DNA from: Bacillota bacterium
GTDB lineage: Bacteria; Bacillota; Clostridia; Christensenellales; CAG-138
Length of the DNA stretch: 45,360 nt
Assembly (NCBI GenBank): GCA_023416895.1
Contig: JAEZGQ010000002.1
Span: forward strand, 1-45,360
Direction of reading: 5' to 3'
Made by a program: the position numbers and the translations under genes. The notes under the pieces are model-generated. The model did not search any database, had not been told where the DNA came from, and saw only the letters and a list, made by a program, of their open reading frames with translations. Positions 26,682-34,412 of the stretch are shown here, piece by piece (the first letter of the stretch is position 1; every line of letters begins with the position of its first letter).

Positions 26682-27242
26682 ATGGAAGCTGTAAGAAATT
26701 ATGAACCCTGTTGCTGTATGACGGCAAACTGCGAGCCGCTGTGTTGTGAAATACCCACGCCGCGGCGAACAAAAACCTTTTTTTATCTGGCCGTAGCGCT
26801 TGTGGCAACGGTCGCTGCGAGTGTGGCGCTTCTAGCCAAGGTGCCTGTTACGGCAGCAAACGCGGTGCAAACCATGCCCGCCGCCGCGCTCGCCGTAATG
26901 GAGCAGCCTTCTTTGCAAAGCGACCTCGGTGCGCTCAACATATCGGAGGCCGAGCGGTTTCTCGCATCCGCTGATACGGTCGTGAAGGTGGATGTTTCCG
27001 CCCCGCAGGCGTATGTGAATGGGCATTTGAAAGACGCTGTGACCGTGCCGGTTTCGCTTTTGACGCAAAGCGGCACCATACAGCTTCTATCGGCGCTGCC
27101 CGAGGGCTTTCCGGTGCTTGTTTACGCGAGCGACGCTTCGGACGCCGCCTCGGTATATGCCCTCCTCAAGGAGCAGCGCACGGATATCCCCGCGGTCGCC
27201 TATGTGGAAGGCGCCGTTGACCCCGCGGTGTTTGTAAACTAA
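26682..27242 (+). CDS. membrane protein with Cys-rich N-terminus and an external rhodanese-homology domain lacking the catalytic Cys
   Basis: The N-terminus EPCCCMTANCEPLCCEIP has 7 Cys in 20 aa. One TM follows (FFYLAVALVATVAASVALL). The rhodanese-like pattern reads VKVDVSAPQAYVNGHLKDAVTVP...PVLVYASDASDAAS, with Ala where the active-site Cys is expected. Confidence 0.6.
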   Translation: MEAVRNYEPCCCMTANCEPLCCEIPTPRRTKTFFYLAVALVATVAASVALLAKVPVTAANAVQTMPAAALAVMEQPSLQSDLGALNISEAERFLASADTVVKVDVSAPQAYVNGHLKDAVTVPVSLLTQSGTIQLLSALPEGFPVLVYASDASDAASVYALLKEQRTDIPAVAYVEGAVDPAVFVN

Positions 27243-27275
27243 ACTACTTAATAAAGAAAAGGGAGGAATGCCGAT

Positions 27276-27641
27276 ATGACGATTGCACAGGTGAGCAAGC
27301 TATACGGATTAAGTGCGGATACACTTCGTTATTATGAGCGTGTGGGACTGATTCCCGACGTGCGCCGTAGTCAAAGCGGCATTCGCGATTATACGGACGC
27401 AGACTGCCGATGGATCGAGTTCATCAAGTGCCTGCGCGCTGCAGGGCTTCCCATTGAGGCGCTCATCGAATATGTAGCGCTTGCGCAGGCGGGTGAAGGC
27501 ACGCAAATCGAACGCATGAACCTTTTGATGCGAGAAAGGGAAAAGCTTGCCGAACGAATTGAGGAGCAGCAAAAAACGCTTAAGCACCTCGATGATAAAA
27601 TTGCTTTTTACCAAAATAAAATGAAAGAAGCGCAGAACTAG
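27276..27641 (+). CDS. MerR family transcriptional regulator, AdhR/NmlR-like (aldehyde/electrophile-stress type)
   Basis: The HTH reads IAQVSKLYGLSADTLRYYERVGLIP. A Cys lies at position 52 in FIKCLR, followed by a coiled-coil tail. No C-terminal metal-binding Cys cluster is present. Confidence 0.8.
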   Translation: MTIAQVSKLYGLSADTLRYYERVGLIPDVRRSQSGIRDYTDADCRWIEFIKCLRAAGLPIEALIEYVALAQAGEGTQIERMNLLMREREKLAERIEEQQKTLKHLDDKIAFYQNKMKEAQN

Positions 27642-27662
27642 GAAAAAGGCATACAAACGGAG

Positions 27663-27702
27663 CCGCGTCGGTTTTGAGTTTTTAAAATCGACGCGGTTTT
27701 TT
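27663..27702 (+). terminator. intrinsic terminator after the MerR gene
   Basis: CCGCGTCG-loop-CGACGCGG followed by T6. Confidence 0.65.
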
Positions 27703-27846
27703 GTATTCAAGGTGATTTTGCGGGTGGCAGGGGTTACTTTTCCGGCAAACAAAGCCGCTTTTCGGTTGACGCGGCGGTTTCGTGTGCTATAATGGCTCTT
27801 GGCGCGCCAAAAAACCGTGCTTGAGCGCGCGAACAGGAGAACTGCT

Positions 27847-29493
27847 GTGAAGTTTTTTAAGGGCTTTTCCGGCATGCTTGCGCGTGAATTTAAGGGCTAC
27901 AACGCGCAAAAATTCGGCAAGGATATGCTTGCCGGTGTTACGGTGGCAGCGGTAGCGCTTCCGCTTGCTCTGGCGTTTGGCGTAAGCAGCGGCGCAAGCG
28001 CGGCGGCCGGGCTTGTAACGGCCATCGTTGCGGGTATCGTCATCGGCGGGCTTTCGGGTGCGTCGTTTCAAATTTCGGGCCCGACGGGCGCGATGACGGC
28101 CATTCTTGTTTCGCTTGTGGCGCGTTATGGGATGCAGGGCGTGTTCATCGCCTGTGCGCTCTCCGGCGTGCTTTTGATCCTCGCGGGCGTTTTGAAGCTT
28201 GGGGACTTGGTGTCGTTCATCCCGATGCCTGTGATCACCGGTTTTACCTCGGGCATTGCGGTCATCATTGCGCTCGGTCAGGTCAACAACCTCACCGGCC
28301 TTTCTTCCGAAGGTACGGAAACCATTGAGCGCATCGTAAGCTATTTTACGCTCCCGCAAAGCATTAACCTGTATTCCGTGGGCATCGGCCTTGCGGTCAT
28401 TGTGTTTATGGCGCTATACCCCAAAAAGTGGTCGGCGGTGGTTCCGGGTTCGCTTGTCGCGATCATCCTTGCCACGGCGGCCAATGCGGTTTTTGCGCTT
28501 CCGGTGGCGGTGGTGGGAGAAATCCCCCAAACGCTTCTTTTGAGCGACAGGCTTACCTTTTCGGGTTTAAACATCAATCGTATGAGTGAGCTTTTGATGC
28601 CCGCCGTGAGCATTGCAGCACTCGGCATGATCGAGAGCTTGCTCTGTGGTGCCGCCGCAGGCCGCATGAAGGGCGAAAAGCTCAACGCGGGCGCGGAGCT
28701 TATGTCGCAGGGCATCGGCAACCTTATCATGCCATTTTTCGGCGGTGTGCCCGCAACGGCTGCCATCGCCCGCACAAGCGTTGCGGTGAAGGCGGGCGGG
28801 CAAACGCGCCTTACGAGCATCATCCACTCCGCGGTGCTTCTGCTCTCCATGTTTGCGCTCGGCGGCATCATGTCAAAGATCCCGCTTTGCGCACTCGCCG
28901 GTGTGCTTATGGTAACCGCGTGGCGCATGAACGAGTGGCACGCCATCAAGGATATTTTCCGCAAGCGCTTCAAAAGCGCCATGCTGCAATTTGGCGTTAC
29001 CATGGCGTGTACGGTGGTGTTCGACCTCACCGTTGCGATCGTGATCGGCGTTCTGTTCTCCCTTTTCACGTTTGTCCTCAAGGTTTCGCAAATGGAAGTT
29101 ACCGTGAGTGACATCGTGCCTGAAAAGCTCCCCGTGGAGTGCGCTTGCATGACGGGCATTCAGGATACGGCAGTCGTGTACGTGAGCGGGCCTCTTTATT
29201 TCGGCTCCATCCGTAGGCTTGAGGACTGTTTGAAGGAGCTTGAGGGCAAGCGCCGCATCGTTTTTTCCATGCGCGGTGTTCCGCTTGCGGACATTAGCGC
29301 CGTTCAGGCTGTAACCGACCTTTGCAAGGGCATGATGGACGGCGGCGCGGAGGTTTACTTTACAAGCCTTCAACCGGGCGTGGAGCGCATGTTTGAAAGG
29401 TGCGGCCTCAAGCACGCCGTGGGTGCGGATCGTTTTTACTGGAGCACCGACCAGGCCTTCAAGGGCATGGCGGAACTGCCGGAAATGGAATAG
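27847..29493 (+). CDS. SulP family inorganic anion transporter with C-terminal STAS domain
   Basis: GTG 27847 lies 6 nt after CAGGAGA (the track ORF starts at 27799). The sequence includes AGVTVAAVALPLALAFG, many TM helices, and a STAS-like tail (VVYVSGPLYFGS...). Confidence 0.85.
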   Translation: MKFFKGFSGMLAREFKGYNAQKFGKDMLAGVTVAAVALPLALAFGVSSGASAAAGLVTAIVAGIVIGGLSGASFQISGPTGAMTAILVSLVARYGMQGVFIACALSGVLLILAGVLKLGDLVSFIPMPVITGFTSGIAVIIALGQVNNLTGLSSEGTETIERIVSYFTLPQSINLYSVGIGLAVIVFMALYPKKWSAVVPGSLVAIILATAANAVFALPVAVVGEIPQTLLLSDRLTFSGLNINRMSELLMPAVSIAALGMIESLLCGAAAGRMKGEKLNAGAELMSQGIGNLIMPFFGGVPATAAIARTSVAVKAGGQTRLTSIIHSAVLLLSMFALGGIMSKIPLCALAGVLMVTAWRMNEWHAIKDIFRKRFKSAMLQFGVTMACTVVFDLTVAIVIGVLFSLFTFVLKVSQMEVTVSDIVPEKLPVECACMTGIQDTAVVYVSGPLYFGSIRRLEDCLKELEGKRRIVFSMRGVPLADISAVQAVTDLCKGMMDGGAEVYFTSLQPGVERMFERCGLKHAVGADRFYWSTDQAFKGMAELPEME

Positions 29494-29520
29494 AAAAACA
29501 GAACGGAGCGTGAGAAATCC

Positions 29521-29976
29521 ATGGAGCCCATTGTTGTTTCCGTGCGCGAAAACCCAAGGTATCTGTCCCTTGCGGTCAATTACTTCGCAGAAAAATGGGG
29601 CATCGACGCTCGTGTGTATGAAAACTGCATTTCTCACAGCCTCGACACGCAAAGCCCGCTCCCGCGCTGGTACCTTTTGATGCGGAATGATACCATCATC
29701 GGCAGTTACGGGTTGATTGCGAACGACTTTATCAGCCGCCAGGATCTGTGGCCGTGGCTGTGTGCGCTTTACATAGAGGAGAGCGAGCGGAACAAGGGGT
29801 TTGGCGGCATGCTTCTCTTACACGGCAGGCATGAGGCGAAGAAGCTCGGCTTTGAAAAGCTCTACCTTTCCACCGATCACACGGGCTACTACGAAAGGTA
29901 TGGCTGGCGCTTTTTGGAAACAGCCTACGGTCCGTTTGGTGAATCCCGCGTTTACGAGGCGGACACGCTTTTGTGA
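29521..29976 (+). CDS. GNAT family N-acetyltransferase
   Basis: The acetyl-CoA binding region reads LYIEESERNKGFGGMLLLHGRHEAKKLGF. Confidence 0.75.
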   Translation: MEPIVVSVRENPRYLSLAVNYFAEKWGIDARVYENCISHSLDTQSPLPRWYLLMRNDTIIGSYGLIANDFISRQDLWPWLCALYIEESERNKGFGGMLLLHGRHEAKKLGFEKLYLSTDHTGYYERYGWRFLETAYGPFGESRVYEADTLL

Positions 29977-30062
29977 GTGCCTTATATGCCCCCGCCCCGC
30001 ATTGCACGGCGCGGGGATTTTTCGTATAATAAACAGGAAGAACCGCCAAGAGGGTGAAGCAT

Positions 30063-30386
30063 ATGCCAAGGGAACATGACCATCCGCAGGATGCGGCACA
30101 CGTGCATCCGCACCGCCACATCCATTCGGAAGAGGAAAAGAAAGCGCTCATCAATAGGCTTGCGCGCATCACCGGCCACATCGAGTCCATCCGCCGTATG
30201 ATTGAGGAAGACCGCGATTGCAGCGAGGTGCTGGTGCAGCTTGCTGCCGTGCGAAGCGCAGTCAACAGCGCGGGTAAGGCACTTTTGCAAAACCACATCG
30301 AGCAATGCCTGGTGGACGCCGTGCGGCACGACGATATGGAGAGCATTCGCGAACTCAACAAATCCATCGAGCAGTTTATCAAATAG
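30063..30386 (+). CDS. CsoR/RcnR-family metal-sensing repressor (C-H-C signature, His-rich N-terminus)
   Basis: The sequence reads INRLARITGHIESIRRMIEEDRDCSEVLVQLAAVRSAVNSAG...NHIEQC. ATG 30063 follows AGAGGGTG. Confidence 0.8.
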   Translation: MPREHDHPQDAAHVHPHRHIHSEEEKKALINRLARITGHIESIRRMIEEDRDCSEVLVQLAAVRSAVNSAGKALLQNHIEQCLVDAVRHDDMESIRELNKSIEQFIK

Positions 30387-30411
30387 CGATAAGTCGCGAA
30401 ATGTTGCAATG

Positions 30412-30446
30412 AAAAAGCCCGCCGAATTCTGTTCGGCGGGCTTTCT
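30412..30446. terminator. bidirectional terminator between the CsoR-like gene and the convergent methyltransferase gene
   Basis: AAAGCCCGCCGAA-TTCTG-TTCGGCGGGCTTT. Confidence 0.75.
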
Positions 30447-30462
30447 GCTCTACTTGTAGTGT

Positions 30463-31056
30463 TTACATCGCTGTACCTGAAATCGCGTAGCAGCTTTCCG
30501 TATCGACTTTTAAATCGATGCGGAACAACCCTTCAAAAGCGAGCGCTTCCTCCTCACAGGAACCAAGGGGAACGGAAACATGAACCGCCTCGCCCTGATT
30601 GTGATGGGAATTGATCGTCTCGCGCCCGCGCCCGTGTACGATCAAAAACCTGCCGCCCTTTCCAAGCAAAGCGTGAAGTTTTTTTGCAAATCGCGCCTTT
30701 TCCGTAAAATGTGGGTAAGCGTTGTACGCAACCGCAAAGTCGTAGTGGCAAGCGGGGGAAAACTCGTAAAAATTCGCCGCGAATAGTTCGATGCGGGGAT
30801 CCTCCGTTTTTTTACGCGCGTGCTTCACCATTTCGTCCGAAAGGTCGATGCCGTGAATAAGCTGCGGATTGGTTTCGAGCAGCAGTGGGAAAAGCACGCC
30901 TGTGCCGCAGGCGATGTCAAGAATGCGTGCTCCTTCCGTTAAGCCCGCAGCGCTTAAAATGCCGCGCAGCAGCGCCGTGTTATCGGCATGCCCGCGCGCG
31001 TCCCAATGCGCGGCGCGCTCATCGAAAAAGCATTTTATACGCTCTGTTTGTGTCAT
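30463..31056 (-). CDS. class I SAM-dependent methyltransferase
   Basis: Motif I reads ILDIACGTGVL. The protein is 197 aa. Confidence 0.75.
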   Translation of the reverse strand: MTQTERIKCFFDERAAHWDARGHADNTALLRGILSAAGLTEGARILDIACGTGVLFPLLLETNPQLIHGIDLSDEMVKHARKKTEDPRIELFAANFYEFSPACHYDFAVAYNAYPHFTEKARFAKKLHALLGKGGRFLIVHGRGRETINSHHNQGEAVHVSVPLGSCEEEALAFEGLFRIDLKVDTESCYAISGTAM

Positions 31057-31067
31057 GCCAAAATACC

Positions 31068-31625
31068 CTAATCTTCTTTGGAATGTGAGGAACCTTTTGT
31101 TTGGCGCACAATGGGCTCCACAAGCTTCAGCTTTTCAATCGCGATTACCAAAACCGGAATGAACACGATTTGGATGGCGATGCCCGGAAGCGCCGTTACA
31201 AACGACGCGGTTAAAAACGCCTCAAAGCCGTACGGTGCGCCGGTGATGCCGAAAAGCACCGCGTTTGCAATGCCCGAAACCACGCGGCCAACAAGCATGG
31301 CGGCGAGCAGGGAAACGTAGAGGTTCCATTTAAAGCTCCTGTAAAAAAGCCCCGTCATCGCGCCGTAGGCGCAAAGCTCCAGCGACATGGAAACAGCCAC
31401 GGGGAAAAGCGGTGGCATGCCCGTAATCGCGGAGGAAAGAAACGGCACGATGAGCCCGCAAGCGGCGCCCCAAGGAACCCCGCAAAGGAGCCCGCAAAGA
31501 AGCACGGGAATGTGCATGGGAAGAAGCACCGTGCCTGCGCCAAGCATGTGGAAGAGCATTGGCAGAAGAACACCGAGAGCGGCCATGAGCGCCGCGATTA
31601 CCAGTTTTTTAACATTTGTACGCAT
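31068..31625 (-). CDS. ECF transporter S (substrate-capture) component, substrate unknown
   Basis: Six hydrophobic helices with a KKLVIAALMAALGVLLP...LPMHIPVLLCG...ELCAYG pattern typical of ECF S units, and a GGGAGG RBS. No ECF A/T genes occur in the window. Confidence 0.6.
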   Translation of the reverse strand: MRTNVKKLVIAALMAALGVLLPMLFHMLGAGTVLLPMHIPVLLCGLLCGVPWGAACGLIVPFLSSAITGMPPLFPVAVSMSLELCAYGAMTGLFYRSFKWNLYVSLLAAMLVGRVVSGIANAVLFGITGAPYGFEAFLTASFVTALPGIAIQIVFIPVLVIAIEKLKLVEPIVRQTKGSSHSKED

Positions 31626-31715
31626 AAAACCTCCCTAAAAAGACCTGTATTAAGTATAACGGCGTTTTTTCGCGCCCGCAAGCCGCAGGGGGGGATGGAG
31701 AAAAGACACCCAATG

Positions 31716-32423
31716 TCAGTCCTCGTAGATTTCCCTTGCGCCTTCTATGGCCTCGCCGACGGATTGTTCTACACAGCGTACGGCACCTTCCGCATCGCGT
31801 GATTGAATAAAGTCATTGAGGCGCTTCGCGTTGCCGGATAGGGAACTTATGCCATGCTTTCGCGCAAACCTTGCCCAAAGGCTTAAAATCGGGGCGCGAA
31901 AGGAATGATAAATGAGTGGTGCAAGCGTGTTGCCGCTCACGAGCGAAAGCTCGTGATAATACAAAAATGCCGCTTGCGCCGCTTCCTCCGGCGTAGTTGC
32001 TTCATCAAAGGCTTTTAGCCGCTCGCAAAGCGTTAAAAGATCCGCATCGGAGGCGTTTTGTGTTGCGAGTTCCGCCGAAAGCCTATCGAGCACGAGCTTA
32101 ATTTGCAAAATCGATCGAACCTCGTCTCGCCGCAGCCGCCCGCCGTTGTATTTCATAATGGAAAGTAGCGTGTCCGCCGTGCCTTTGCGGCGGTAGTCCG
32201 CCACAAACGCACCAACGCGCGGGTGTATCTCCACAAAACCTTTGGCTTCCATTTCGCTTAAACCAGCATTTACGACTGCGCGGCTTACCTGCATATCCCG
32301 TGCGAGCTCGCGCTCGGGTGGCAGTTTTGTGCCGATGGGGAGCCGGCCGGAAAGAACCATTGCCTCGAGCTCCTGTACAAAAAGCTCCTTAAGCGAAGGT
32401 GCACTCAGTTTGGGAAACTGCAT
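31716..32423 (-). CDS. GntR family transcriptional regulator (FadR-like, FCD C-terminal domain)
   Basis: ATG 32423 lies 8 nt after GGAGG. The wHTH reads LPPERELARDMQVSRAVVNAGLSEMEAKGFV. Confidence 0.85.
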   Translation of the reverse strand: MQFPKLSAPSLKELFVQELEAMVLSGRLPIGTKLPPERELARDMQVSRAVVNAGLSEMEAKGFVEIHPRVGAFVADYRRKGTADTLLSIMKYNGGRLRRDEVRSILQIKLVLDRLSAELATQNASDADLLTLCERLKAFDEATTPEEAAQAAFLYYHELSLVSGNTLAPLIYHSFRAPILSLWARFARKHGISSLSGNAKRLNDFIQSRDAEGAVRCVEQSVGEAIEGAREIYED

Positions 32424-32466
32424 ATACAAAACCTCCTAATCATTGGCTTAACCACATACCAAAAGC

Positions 32467-32495
32467 ATTTTATCATGACGTCTGTGCCATTTCAA
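32467..32495 (-). promoter_or_regulatory. promoter of the GntR operon (TTGAAA-17-TAAAAT on the minus strand)
   Basis: Hexamers and the 17-nt spacer were counted directly. The motif TGGTTAAGCCA lies just downstream of the predicted TSS. Confidence 0.55.
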
Positions 32496-32546
32496 CTCGT
32501 TTCTGAAAACAAAAAAGCAGAAAATCAGGCAAGCTTAGCGTTTTGA

Positions 32547-32575
32547 TTGACGAATAAATCACAAAGTGTTACACT
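32547..32575 (+). promoter_or_regulatory. promoter of the membrane protein-hypB-oxidoreductase-hypA unit (TTGACG-17-TGtTACACT)
   Basis: A -35 hexamer and an extended -10 are present. The motif TGGCTCAACCA (32587..32597) lies just downstream of the predicted TSS. Confidence 0.5.
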
Positions 32576-32709
32576 ATAAAAAGTTCTGGCTCAACCAATT
32601 CTATTCACCGTGCCAATCGCACGGCGGCGTCGGCAAAACAGCAGCAACATATTCGGATTTTATAGGGCTTTTTGCCGCGGCAAAACAAGTATTTGGGAGG
32701 TTTTGAGGC

Positions 32710-33621
32710 ATGTTTTTGTTTGAGGCGATTCCTTGGTACACGTGGCTGATGTTTCTTGCTGTTACGGCAGGGCTGATCCTTCTCAACGAGTTTTCCCGCA
32801 TCAACAAGTGGACGGCACTTTTCTGCTTTGGGCTTTTGCCGTTGGCGCTCACCATTTTTGTGTGGCCCAACACCGCCGGGGCAGACTCAAGCACAGGAAC
32901 ATGGTTCCACTGGGTTAAGGTGTATTCTGCGCTTGCGGGCTGCCTGGGCTTCCTTCTCATCCGTATGTCGAAAAAAGTGGAGCAGAGCAAGTTCCGCGTC
33001 ATTTTCCCTCCCCTTATTCTTGCCATCAACATTTTGGAAGCCTGCATCCGCGACTTTCAATGTTTTAGCCTCAACGGCATCGTGGACGGCGTGATGATGG
33101 TAGGCGGCCCGTGGAACATCATGAACGGCATTGCCGGCATTTTGAACATCGTTACCATTACGGGCTTCATGGGTATCTATGTAAGCTCCGATAAGCGGCG
33201 CGACATGATGTGGCCGGATATGCTGTGGTTCTGGGTCATCGCTTACGACATTTGGAATTTTGCCTATGTGTACAACTGCGTATCCGACCATTCTTTCTAC
33301 GCGGGTGCTGCACTCCTCATTGCTCCCACGCTGGCCGCGTTTTTTATCAAAAAAGGCGCGTGGCTCCAACACAGGGCACACACCCTTGCATTCTGGATGA
33401 TGTTTACCATGGCGTACCCCACCTTTGTGGACGATACCATTTTTGCCGTAAAGTCGAGCCACGACCCCGTGGCGCTTTTCACCGTGAGCGCACTTGCGCT
33501 TGCCGCCAACATCGCCGTACTCGTGTATGCGGTGTATCGTATTGTAAAATACAAGCGCAACCCGCTGAAGCAGGAAATCTATACAAACTTGAAGGTATAC
33601 GCGGAGGTTGCGGCGAAGTAA
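32710..33621 (+). CDS. multi-pass integral membrane protein of unknown function (possibly DUF5692-like)
   Basis: 303 aa with about 9 hydrophobic helices and a GGGAGG RBS. It is the first gene of an apparent operon with hypB. Confidence 0.6.
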   Translation: MFLFEAIPWYTWLMFLAVTAGLILLNEFSRINKWTALFCFGLLPLALTIFVWPNTAGADSSTGTWFHWVKVYSALAGCLGFLLIRMSKKVEQSKFRVIFPPLILAINILEACIRDFQCFSLNGIVDGVMMVGGPWNIMNGIAGILNIVTITGFMGIYVSSDKRRDMMWPDMLWFWVIAYDIWNFAYVYNCVSDHSFYAGAALLIAPTLAAFFIKKGAWLQHRAHTLAFWMMFTMAYPTFVDDTIFAVKSSHDPVALFTVSALALAANIAVLVYAVYRIVKYKRNPLKQEIYTNLKVYAEVAAK

Positions 33622-33719
33622 CAGCCGTCAAGCTTTCTAATATCTTAGGCCGCGTGGCGTCCGCTTTTTAGGGGCGTACGTTCGCGCGGTCACGCGAGAA
33701 ACCGCACAAGGAGAAACCA

Positions 33720-34400
33720 ATGGAAAACTTTAAGATCCTCAGCATCAAACAAAGCGTGTTTGAAAACAACGACCGCGATGCCGACAAACTCCGTGAGGAG
33801 CTCAAAGGGAAGGGCGTTTACCTTCTCAACCTTATGTCGTCACCCGGCGCGGGAAAAACCACCACGCTTACAAAAACCATCAACGCCCTAAAAAATGATT
33901 TTCGCATCGGCGTAATGGAGGCGGACATCGATTCCGACGTGGATGCGCGTACCATTTCACAAACAGGCGCGCGGGTAATCCAACTTCATACGGGCGGCAT
34001 GTGCCACCTCGACGCGGACATGACGAGGCAGGGCCTTTACGGCCTTTCAACCGACGAGCTCGATCTGATCTTCCTTGAAAATGTGGGCAACCTTGTATGC
34101 CCCGCCGAGTTCGACACGGGCGCAACCAAAAACGCCATGATCTTAAGCGTGCCCGAAGGGGACGATAAGCCCCTCAAATACCCGCTGATGTTCACCATCT
34201 GCGATGCGCTCCTTATCAACAAAATCGACGCAGCGCCGTTTTTCAACTTCGATTTCGAGGCCTGCGCTGCGCGTGCCAAAAAGCTCAACCCCAACATAAA
34301 AATCTTCCCTGTTTCCGCAAAGACGGGCGAGGGGATGGAAGCCTTTTACGCATGGCTTCGCGGCGAGGTTTTAGCTTACCGCGCCAATATCGGAAAGTAA
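33720..34400 (+). CDS. hypB: hydrogenase/nickel-enzyme maturation GTPase HypB
   Basis: P-loop SSPGAGKTT, metal site GGMCHLDA and ENVGNLVCPAEFD, and NKID. There is no His-rich or CxxCGC N-terminus. Confidence 0.88.
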   Translation: MENFKILSIKQSVFENNDRDADKLREELKGKGVYLLNLMSSPGAGKTTTLTKTINALKNDFRIGVMEADIDSDVDARTISQTGARVIQLHTGGMCHLDADMTRQGLYGLSTDELDLIFLENVGNLVCPAEFDTGATKNAMILSVPEGDDKPLKYPLMFTICDALLINKIDAAPFFNFDFEACAARAKKLNPNIKIFPVSAKTGEGMEAFYAWLRGEVLAYRANIGK

Positions 34401-34412
34401 CGGAGGATATTT

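Noticed and set aside
28341-29652. Minus-strand ORFs 28341..29159 and 28873..29652 inside the SulP gene
   Set aside because: These are antisense shadows of a clear SulP/STAS coding frame.
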